64,000 nucleotides of DNA, taken from Klebsormidium nitens (lineage: Eukaryota; Plantae; Klebsormidiophyceae). Where the stretch lies: the NCBI GenBank assembly GCA_000708835.1, contig DF237046.1, positions 143,611 to 207,610 of the forward strand. The letters are read 5' to 3'. The notes under the pieces are model-generated. The model saw only the letters and a list, made by a program, of their open reading frames with translations. It was not told where the DNA came from and ran no database searches. Shown here piece after piece: positions 48,667 through 59,003 of this stretch (position 1 is its first letter; every line of letters begins with the position of its first letter). The position numbers and the translations under genes are program-made.

Positions 48667-51600
48667 ATGAGCAAGAGCCGTCTGAGCAGCTTCGCAAGAT
48701 TCATGTTCACTGCTGCACCTCTTCATGAGCCTGTCCTTGCCAGGTATGCAGCTGTGATTCTTAAGGCCATCTTCTTTAGATAGCAGGACTGTTTTCCCTG
48801 TACTTGCTCAACACCATGAACAGTCGTTCTGTACTGCAGGCCTACTGCTCCTGCCGTCTGCATGGGGGCAGGGGGCAGCCACCTGAGCCCCGCTGGTCAG
48901 GCTGCTGCTGCCCCTCCTGCTGGCGGCCAGGGGGCAGCGTCCTCTCGCCGCACCCTTCAGGATGGCCCCAGGAAGCTGGCGCGCCCCCTCATCTCGCGTG
49001 GCCCGCGAGGGGCGGGGGGGCTGCTGTCGTCGCTGTGGGGCGGCTTTGCTCCGGAGGCTGCAGCCCCGCCCGCAGCTAGTGACACTGAGCCAAGGGAGCT
49101 GGCAGCGGACTCGCGTGTGTGGGCCTTCACATACGAGGATGCGGGGGGAGGGCCCGATGAAGACAGAAAGTGAGCTCTTGCACTTCGCGTGAAGGCCGTC
49201 CGTGCCGCGGAGCTGGGGCTGTATGACAATTGTGTCAGAAGTGCATTCTCTGCGCTTCGAGGGCCAGGGCTGCTCCGCTTCGGAGGGGTGGGCTGCTCCG
49301 CTTCGGAGGGGTTCATCTCTTAGGCCCCACAGATGAGACGAACGTGCTGAGCCAGAGTATACTTCACAGCGCCTCCTAACCCCCACCGCCACTGTACAGC
49401 ACTAGTCTGTTCCGGCCGCCGCTGGTCAGCGCTGCTCTTTCTGGCGCACAATTCATGTCTGCTCGCTTGATCATTCCTGAGCTCCTCCCCCCTCTTCTCC
49501 TTGACCCCCCCTCCCTGCCTGCAGGTACCTGGTGTGCCTCACCAGTGCGGCCGCGCGCCTGGAGGCGGTGGCCCCCCTTGGCACGCTGCTGCTGGTGAAC
49601 GTGGGGTCGCTGCTGCTGCAGCCGGGCCTGTACTCGCTGTTCCACAACAACGTGTGCGAGCTGGGCGCCCACTGGGACGTCCCGCGCGGAGCGGCCGTGG
49701 CACCGCTGGACCTCCTCTTTGCCGCCTGCGCCTCCATGCAGAACTGGTGAGCGCCACAAGCGCCCCGCCAACAATTCCCAGACGAAGCCAGGTAGCGGCC
49801 GAGTGTTGCGGGTTCACTGTCAGTCATGCTCTAGTGGGGCTAACTTTTCGTGGACATGTTAGCAGGACGGTTTCGCCACTCCCATCGTGGTCCTTGCCAC
49901 CTCGCTCGTTAGTGCGGCCCGACCTTGACAGCTGTGCTCGCCCCCCGCTGCGCAGGCTGGCCATTGACGACGACCACCTGGCGGTGCTGCACACGCGGGG
50001 TGCGCAGGACTTGGGTGCGGGCTCCTTCCTGCGCTTTGTGGCGGCGTGCTACCTCACGTTCAGCGAGGAGTTTGACTTCACGGTGGAGGCCCTGCAGGAG
50101 CTGCCGGTCGCACCACTGCGCAGCGGGCCTGCTTGGGCGTCCCACCGCCGGGGCAGCCCCAGCGAGGGCGCCTTTGGCACCGCCACCGCTGCACAGCGCC
50201 GCTACTGCCAGTACTTCGACATGCTGCACAACAAGGTGAGAGCGCGGCGTGCAAGCAACAGGGGCGGACGAGTAGGCGGCTTGCCGCTTGTTTGAAATTG
50301 AAGCTGCGAATGCTTGTCCTGAAGAGAAGGTAGGTGACTGTCTAGATTGCGCCAGGGAGCAGACTGACGGCTTTACCACATGCTGCACGAGCTGCACGAA
50401 GTTGCATCGTGGCGCCATCAGCCTGGAGTTACGGGGCCCGCTGCCATTGATCTCACTTTGGACTCGGTGCAATTGCATCGAGTCCTTGAAGCGACCCGAG
50501 ATCTGCAAACGGTCTCCTAGAAGGGCGCTTTCTCTCTGCCTACCGGAAATGGCCGCCTGACCTGCGCCCAATGCACCGTGTGCGTTCAGACCATGCCGGC
50601 ACGGCGCATGGGCGCGCTGCACCTGCGGCAGGTCATCCTGAGTGCTGCGCCGGGCGTGGATGGCCAGGGCGGCTGCCGGCCGTATGTCAAGGTCTTCTGG
50701 AGGGGGCAGGAGGTCAAGACCAGTGCGCCCGACCGCCAGGTGAGCCGGGCCCGCCTGCAACCAGCCGGGCGGAGGCCCCGCCCCTGGGGCCAGTCTGCAG
50801 TGCACGTTAACTGTGTGGTAGGTGATGCCTGCACACAGAAGCAGGCGTGAGGCCGTTAGTCTTGTGCATGGAGGCCTGCGAGCGGCGGCGGTGGGTGGCT
50901 CAGGCCGGGTTCCCCTGTGTGCAGGTGCCCGCCAAGCACACGGCGGCATCGGGGTGGCAGGTGCCGTTCGAGCTGGGGGTGGAGGTGCAGGGGGACGTGG
51001 CCATCACGGTGCACCACTACACCGGTGAGCGGCCGGGGGATGGGCAGGGTAGGGCACGCAGGGAGCAGCAGCCTGGTGGCGCAGAGTCCAGTCTGTGAGA
51101 TATTCAGACGAACGAGGAGTTGCAGTGTCAAGCGGGCGAGTCCGATAAGTTCCCTCGTCCGGGATTTACGTGTGACTGACAGGACGGCAGAGTGGAAATA
51201 TCCTTCTTGGCCTTGCGCGCTTGTCCGTGCCTGGCGTGCTCCCCTGCTCCGGGCGCCTCGCTGACGCCCGCTGCGCTGCCTGGCTGCAGGCGACATCTGG
51301 GCCGACGACCAGCTGCCCCTCCTCGTCTACGCCTTCCACACCGCCTTCACTGAGGCCGGCCTCGTGCGCGTCCCTCGTGCACAGGTAAGCCCCGGGCCCC
51401 CGCGAGCGGCCGCGTTCTGCTGGCCTCTCTGCCCGCCTGTCTCGGCCCCGCCTCGTCTCCGCTTCCTGCCTGCCGTGCTGACGCTCCGGTGGGCCCGCGC
51501 GTGGTTGCAGCTGGACAGCGCATACGGAGGCGCACTGGAGGTGCCCCCCGACTTCTTCCTGGACATGATCCTGGAGCCGTCCGCGGCCGCAGTGCACGCG

Positions 51601-54600
51601 CGCGCGGGGGTGGGCCGGGTCAGCCAGGACGGCGACCTCGACACGGACGGGCCCGACTGGAAGGACCTCCTCCTGGCAGGCACGCAGCATGACGCACCCG
51701 CGCACACCGCAGCGCAGGTGCGCAGGAACCGGGCTCACGCGAGTGGGCTACCGTGGGTCATTGGGCCACTCACAAGCTGGTTCGGTCTTCTAGTTGTCAG
51801 CGTTGTGGGTTGAGCCCGTGCATCGAGGCTGTTTGTCAACTTCTTCATCTCTCAGATAAGTTGTATTCTTGTCAGACGTGGCTTTCCCTGTACCGCCAGC
51901 ACTGGCTGTGCTGCTGCCTGAGAGCCTCCCCGCTGCTCCGTGCTGCGCAGGAGAAGGGCCGCCGGCAGCAGGCCGTGATGCGCAACGTGATGAGTGAGAT
52001 GAAGGCCGGCTTCGCCAGCGGGGGCACATCGGCCCTCCTGCGCAGGACGCCGGAACGGAGCCCCTCCAAGGCAGACGCCGACACGCCCACCTCGACGGCG
52101 CCGGATGCACCACCCGGCACAGAAGCGGGGCACCCAGCTGACGCCAGCGGGAGCGCTGGCGCGGGGCGCCTAGAGCCCGCCGACATCCCCAAGTTCGTGC
52201 CCCCGCCTCCCGCCGCCGCCCCCCCCTCGCCCCTCTACGTCGCCTCCTCCCCCACCTCCGCCGCCACCCGCCGACCCCCGCCCCCTCCGCGAACTATCCG
52301 GAGCACCGCCGCCTGCGCCCCCTCCCCCACCTCCGCCCCCTCCTCCGGCCCTAGCCTCCGGCTTGCCGCGCCCGCCGCCCCCTCCCCCACCGCCCAGGGG
52401 TCCAGGGCCCCCGCCTCCGCCCCGCCCCCCTGGCGCGCCCCCTCCGCCTGCGCGCCCTGGCGCCCCACCCCCTCCTGGGAGGGGCGTCCCGGCCCCCCCT
52501 CCGCCTGGGCGCGGTCCTGCTCCCAAGGAAAGCTCCACACGCGGCCTGTACTGGGCCAAGCTGCTGCGAACGGCGGGCACCATCTGGGCGGACGTGGCCG
52601 CAGAAGGCGACAGCGAGGCTGCCCTGGGGGGACCGGCGGGGGTGCGCGCGCTCGAGTTCCTGTTCCGCAACAAGGCCAAGAGGGGCACAGCAGGGGCCGC
52701 GGCGGAGGCGGTGGGCAAGCGCGGGCGGCGGGAGTCGGTGGTGAAGCTGATCACGGTGACGCGCGCCAACAACGTGGCCATCATGCTCACGCAATTCAAG
52801 GTGAGCAGCCCGCCCACGCCTCGCGGCAGCCACGGGGCACTGCTGAGTCCGCATCCCCAGGGGGCTCACAGTCGAGTGCGTGGTGCCAACGACTGTGTCA
52901 CTGACGCGGGCGGGGCCTGGTTGCTTCGCAGATGCCTGCGGGGGCTGTGCGCGAGTGTATCTTGCGGGGGGCCGAACCGTCGGGGCCGGGCGCCGCCCTT
53001 TCGCTCGAGAAGCTGGGCCTCCTGCTGCAAGTAAGACCACGCCCTCACTGTCCGTTGGCCTGCCAGATCAAGGACGGGGCATCGGAAGCCAGCCACGGCA
53101 GGTTTGCTCTCGCCGCTTGGCGCGCTTTGCCACATGCTCGCTGACGACAAGCGGGGAGAGCATGTCGCGCTGTGCTGTTTTGGGTCTGCTCCGTGCGACA
53201 CGTATTCGGAGTCCCCGCTGCCCCCTCGCTTGAGCGCACCGCGGGCCGTGTGGCGCTGTGCAGGTGATCCCCACGGAGGACGAGGTGGCGCTGCTGACCC
53301 GCTACGAGGGGCCCCCCAGCGAGCTGTCGGCGCCGGAGCAGTTCCTGGCCACCATGGCGCAGGTGCCGCGCCTGCGCAACAAGATCCAGGTCAGCGGGCA
53401 CTGCTCACGGCCTGCTCGCGCGCGGGTGACCCCGCACAGCACCACGCTCGCTCGTCCTCTGGTCCCTGATGGGGCCGGTCGTCTTGAGGCACTCGCCGGG
53501 CGAAGCGTCCCTCTGATGGCCTCCTCTTGCGCTGCGCAGGTGTTGATCTTCACTCGCCAGTTCGGCGGCCTGGTGGCCGACACCGCGGTGGCCCTGCGCA
53601 CAGTGCGCCGCGCGTGTGCACAGGTGCGCGAGAGCCACCTCCTGCGCCGCGTGCTGGCCGCTGTACTGGCAGCGGGGAACCACCTGAACTCCGGGTCCGC
53701 GCGAGGTAAGAGCAGCGCCCTCTTGGCACCCATCACCGAAGTACCGCTCGCCGGCATTGCTGCGTGCGTGCTCTTACCGCTGGAGGGGCTACCCCGCTGG
53801 CTGGGGCCGCCACGTCCCATCTGTGTTGCCGCGCGGAGCGGCACCCTCGGGCCTGACCCGCGCTGTGCCTTGCAGGCGGCGCGGCCGGCTGCACCCTGGC
53901 GTCCCTCGCCAAGCTGGCCGACATGAAGGTGGGGCCCCCGCACAGCTTGCTGCTGCAGCCTCTCTTGCGCTCTCTTAAGGTCGGGACAGCCTGTTGCACG
54001 TCTGTTGGAAATTGGCGCCACTCTGGTCGTCCTTCTCCTCGGCGCCGCTGCTTGCCGAGTGACTGCTGGGATGCGCCTTCTGCAGGCGACCCCCCCCGGC
54101 AAGGACGAAGCGCCCGTGGGCGCCGTGGGGCCCGCGGCCCGCGCGAGCAGCCTGCTCGAGTTCGTGGCCGCGGCGGTGGCGGCCGGTGGCGCGTCATCGC
54201 AGGGGGGCCCCACCGAGCTGGCGGTGGAGCTGGGGGCGGTGGGGGAGGCGGCGCGCTGGACCAACGCCGCGCTGCTCGAGGCGCTCGCCGCCGTCGACCG
54301 CGGCCTGGCCGCCATCGCCGACGAGTGCGCCGCCTGCGCCCCACGCGCACCACCAGCCGCTGGGGAAGGCAGCGCCGCCGCAGACCCCCCAAGCGAGAAG
54401 GGAAGCGCGGGGGCGGAGGAGGCAGACGGGGCGGAGGGCGGCGCCAGCGAGGCCGGGTTTGCGCGGCAGCTGCGCACGTTTTTGGCCGGGGCGGAGGTGC
54501 AGCGCGGGGAGCTGGTGGCGCTGGCGGACGCGTGCCGCGCCGACTTCCAGGCCCTGGCCACTTACCTGGGAGAGCCGCCAGCGACCGCAGCGCCGGAGGT

Positions 54601-54902
54601 GAGGCCGCGCAGCAGCCGCACCCGCGCAGAGAGAGCGAAGAAAAGGCTGCAGCACGCGGAACTCGTGCACAGCTTTCATCTTGTTGGAGCGGTGACGGCC
54701 TCTGCCCCGCCTGAGCGGACCGCCTTGTCTCTGCTGTGGGCGTGCATCTTGCCCCCTCTTGTCCCGTGTGCCGGCCCGGGTGGCACGGCTGACGCCGGCG
54801 TGCTCGTGGCTGTTGCCGCAGGAGGTGCTGGGCATGCTGTGGGCGTTCGCGGTGCAGTTCGACAAGGCCGCACGAGAGCTTCACCCGCCCCCACACAAGT
54901 AG
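48667..54902 (+). CDS. Class II formin (PTEN-like, C2, FH1 poly-Pro, FH2); apparent frameshift at the start of FH1
   Basis: PTEN-like QNW|LAIDDDHLAVLH..AQRRYCQYF, C2 GGCRPYVKVF..VQGDVAITVHH..YAFHTAF, poly-Pro at 52200-52520, FH2 LYWAKL, RANNVAIML, PTEDEV..EQFL, VLAAGNHLNSGSAR|GGAAG..LAKL. Confidence 0.9.
49267..49311. repeat. 22-bp direct repeat in a formin intron; each copy holds a small CTCCG-ctt-CGGAG hairpin
   Basis: gggctgctccgcttcggagggg x2 separated by 1 nt. Confidence 0.85.
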
Positions 54903-56149
54903 GCCGGCCATCCGCAAGCTCCCGCGCCATCGCTGACAGGGTCGTCACTAGCCAACGGGGGTGGCCGCCCCCGCGCACGATCCTTCCCCCCGTCGAGCTG
55001 GCGTCTCCGCGCGGCCACACCGGCCTCGGGCTCACCGGCTGCCGCCTCAGCACAGGGCGGACACGAAGAGATGCCACAGGTGGGGGGCCAGGAACTCCTG
55101 CGCAATGGACAGCCCAACGCTCTCTTTTGAAAGACTCAAGTAGGCCAGGGCAGCATCGTGTGGCCTCTAACAGGGCGCCTCATAGCCTCCCCACACAAGG
55201 GACGCTGGTGTACCGGGTGCCTTTTATTGGGATGTGACATCTCGTCACGATCAGCACCCAAAAGGCCAGCTGGATCACGTTCTCCGGCTGCAAAGTAGAT
55301 GACAGTTTTGCGTTCGGCAGATTTGCCCGCTTGGATGTCCGCCAAGACACTTGCCTGAGACAGAATGCAGAAGCAAGGGTAGCTGCTTGTTGCGGTCGTG
55401 ACACAACTGCACATGACCGCCGAGCAAGATGATGGCACTAGGGGTCTCCTCGAACTTGTACTAGCATTGCGGGCTGACCTGGGCTAGAGCTATACGTTGG
55501 CCAGGATGCATTGCCTGTTGCGCGCATATGTGTTCGACAGCCCTCCAACATGTGATCCTCGCACATACTGATGTTTTGTCATAGATGGCCAGATCCCCTC
55601 TCAGAGATAAGTCGACAAGCAAGGTACTTGTCATCCGGGTTATCTCAATCACCCATGAACATGATAGCGCACTTGCAGTGTGTTCTTCAGATTGACAATC
55701 ATCTCTCAGCTAGCCTGAGAGCTCTATACCTAGCTCGCACTTTGGGATTATTATCTGCAGTAACCTATCCGGGGTTCGTACTCTATCCAAGATTTGTCCT
55801 CTATGCGGACTTGCTTGTCTCTATGAAACTCGCTTTACAATATGGAAAAGAACAGCAGAGCGCGCTAGTTCTCCTGACAGCCTTGCGCTGACGGATTCTG
55901 TCGACACCTGTACATCAGTTAGCAGCAACAAAGACTTCATGTTGTTTCTCGACAGATTTTCCGTTCCTCGTCCCAATCAACTGTACAAGAACGACAACAA
56001 TCATCTACATCGGAATTGCGCTCGCGCCTGAGTGCTTGTGCAAAGCTGGAACAGTCATGGCGTCCTCCAGGTACCAGATCAAGGCCTACCGCATCACTCT
56101 TCCCAACGCGACTTTGTCCGTCGGAGCCTGATGCCGCTACTTTTGGGCC

Positions 56150-57950
56150 TCACGCAATCTCAGGATCGTCGATACTGAGCCACTTGCGGTATCGCTCCAG
56201 CGAGTACTCAATTTTGCCGCCCGCATCCTTCATGACCTGGCCAAAATGCAGGGCGGATCCAATCATGTGCACCAAAACTCGAGGACACCTTCCAGGCACC
56301 AACACCTCGAGCAGCGGGACCCCAGCATACTGCGAACATCTCAAGTAGATTCATCGGAAGAACATCCTTGACTGATTCTAGAAGCATAACATTCACCGTA
56401 CTTCAAATTGGGAGTGCACATAACAAGCAGGCAAGAGATCCTCCACAACTACCAAGGCCGAGGCTGCTCTTCCCTGCCACCCTGCATCAGCCCTTGTTCC
56501 CGCTCTGTTCTCTGTGTGTAACTCATTCCGTGGCCCGTTTGCAGTGGGCGGTGTCAGCTGACCTGGTACCAAAAGGCCCCGTAAACGGTGCGATACGGCG
56601 GCAGGCGCGCCATCCGGGTCTGGATGCGCGCCACTGTCGCATCCGAGAGGGGGATGAGGCATGGGTACGAGCGCATCACCCCCACCGTCTCACACCCGGG
56701 GTTGATCTGCGCGCAAGGGCCAGCAGCACGGCAGGTCAGCCCAGTGGCCCCTCGAAGCGCCCGTGTCTCTGCTTGCACACCACTCTTAACTGCTGAATAC
56801 CAGGATGCCACTGTGAGGACTTCGTGATGTCCAGCACAGATGATGCCAGACGATCAGGCCGTGTGACCATCACCAGCGGGCCTCATTGGGGGTGGTGCAT
56901 GCATTGCCGGCGCCCAGCGCTGCCCACCTGGATGATGTCCCCCACCAGCAGGGCACCCTCCCCGCCAGCCCCGGCCTGCCAGTGGCAGATCTGTGCACCC
57001 GCAAAGTGTCCGCCCCTGCAAAAAGAAAGCTGGCATTGGAAGTGCGTCCCAGCAAAGGACGAGGGACAAAAGACCTGGTACATTTTGCCAGATCACACCC
57101 CTTAGGAGGCAACTCCTGTCCAGCAATGACCAGACGATGTGCACGGCAAGGCTCACAGGTGCCAAAGGGAGAGGCCCCCAAAGAGGGGCTGCTGATCCCC
57201 CTCCCAGAAGTGGAAGTGCTCCGCAATTGCATCAGGGCGCACAGCCTCCACCCACGCCCTGCATCACATCAAGGCACGGTCAGACGGCCTGCGGCCGGGG
57301 CTGGAGCAATCCGCAGCCAAAGGCACAGGCACAGGGAAAGGGGCAGGCAGGAAAAGGCAGCGCCGCAGCGCGGGGGCAAGTGGCAAGCAGGCTGGGGGGG
57401 TCTAGGCGGGGGAGCAACTTGCCCCAGGCTGTAGAATGACTTCTTCAGGCGCGCACCTTTCTTTGGTGTGGATGTAGATGGGTGCGCTGAAGGCCCGGCT
57501 CCACTCCACGCAGGTGGAGTAGTAGTGCGGGTGGCTGATGGCAATTGCCTTGATGCCCCCCAGCGCAGTCACAATGTCGCGCGTCGCGCCATCCAGCAGC
57601 GCAATGCAGTCCCACAGCAGGTTCCCCTCCTTTGTGCTCACCAGCAGCGCCCGCTGGCCAATCCCGCTCTTGGGCTCCGTCCCAATGCCCAGCAGCTGCG
57701 GCTCCATGCGCTGGAAGGCGTTGCGGTGGCCGCTGCCCAGCTTGGCCAGCGTGGTCCAGCGCTGCCCGCTCTGCGGCACGTACTGGCGCTCATCCGCACA
57801 CACAGGACAGTTGCCAGGTGGGGGGGTGGCGGACGGGGCGTACTGCACGTTGCACGTCTCGCACACAAAGCATTGCAACTCTGCGGGCCCTGAATCAGGC
57901 AATGCGTCTGCCAGGACGGGGGTCAATGCCGTGTAGTCTGATGCCGCCAT
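56150..57950 (-). CDS. Metallo-beta-lactamase-fold hydrolase with N-terminal CxxC...CxxC (bacterial YmaE-like family), 5 exons
   Basis: VCETCNVQY..CPVCADERQYVP.SGQRWTT, GIGQRALL, NLLWDC, IAISHPHYY, FWEGD..L|GGHFAG, GALLVGDIIQ, MRSYPCLIPL, VYGAFW. Confidence 0.85.
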
Positions 57951-58237
57951 GCCGACCAATGTTCGGACAATCAGGCAGGGGACCAATGGCAATGGCAAGA
58001 TGATGGAGACAGAGAAGCAAGCTGGAACTGTATGTGGCGTTCTGTGCAAGGCTCCGAGTCAGAGCTGCAGAGTCGAGTCTGGAGTCTCGGCTGCTGACCG
58101 AGTCTCCGTGTCACAAGTTACAACTCATGAACATTCTCAGGAACCGGAATCCTGATACGCAGGAACTTTACTCCAGCTAACTCTGCTCCAGCTAATCCCT
58201 GGCCGATTTCTTGAGCCAGCGTGGCAATACTTTCACA

Positions 58238-58688
58238 GTACCCCGGGCACGGGTTACACCGAGTAATACGTACGAGTACCGAGCAATGAGCATGGAGAAG
58301 TCTGCGTACTGAGTGCGAGGAGTCAGAGGGGTTAAGACTTGGTTAGGGAGTTGAAGCAGCGGTTTAAAGTATATCATGTGAAGGACTGGATGTTGATACT
58401 ATTAAACCATGTAGTACCTTTATCATGTCGATCTTGCTCGCGCTCGAGCCGAGTCGGGGTCTTCCATTTCATCCCCGGTAATTTGGAGTCTCGTCGGTAA
58501 GCCAGCGTGGCAATATGCTTTTATGCGATTGGATATGCGGTCAGCAGTCAAACCTTAGGGGTAGGTACCCGGGGGCCAGACATGAGCCTGGCCGGACCAA
58601 CCGTGCCACTTTTCCGGTTCAGTGTCCCAACATTCTTGACTTGCGTTGCACAGAGTACCGTAGAGCCACGGTATCGGGGTACCGTACC
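58238..58688. promoter_or_regulatory. GTAC cluster in the MBL/Gly-rich divergent spacer
   Basis: 9 GTAC, including GGTACCGTACC at 58678. Confidence 0.45.
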
Positions 58689-59003
58689 TACAGAGTAGCA
58701 GTCCTACCTGGGCGCATACTCCACTGCCCAGTTGGAGTCTTAGGTCCCACGTCGGACCTTTGAAATCGGGCCGGATCGGACTTAGCTGGAGTAAAGTTCC
58801 TTAAAGTGAATCCTGAGACTTCAGGGTGAACAACATCTGGGTGCTGATGGTATTTGTGCAATTGGTGGTGCCAGCAGCCAGAAACGGATAGGTAGCTGTG
58901 CAATGAGCAAGTTGACGAAGCCATGCTCAAGGGGCGCGCCGCGGATCCGCTTTGAGCAACGGTAGTCCCAGGTCGGTGGTGGTGCCCTGCCGCGGCTGTC
59001 CTC

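Noticed and set aside
31335-52230. A programmed frameshifting or RNA-editing system acting at C/G runs
   Set aside because: The shifts go in both directions, sit at homopolymers in very GC-rich DNA, and hit an essential gene. Assembly indel error is far more parsimonious.
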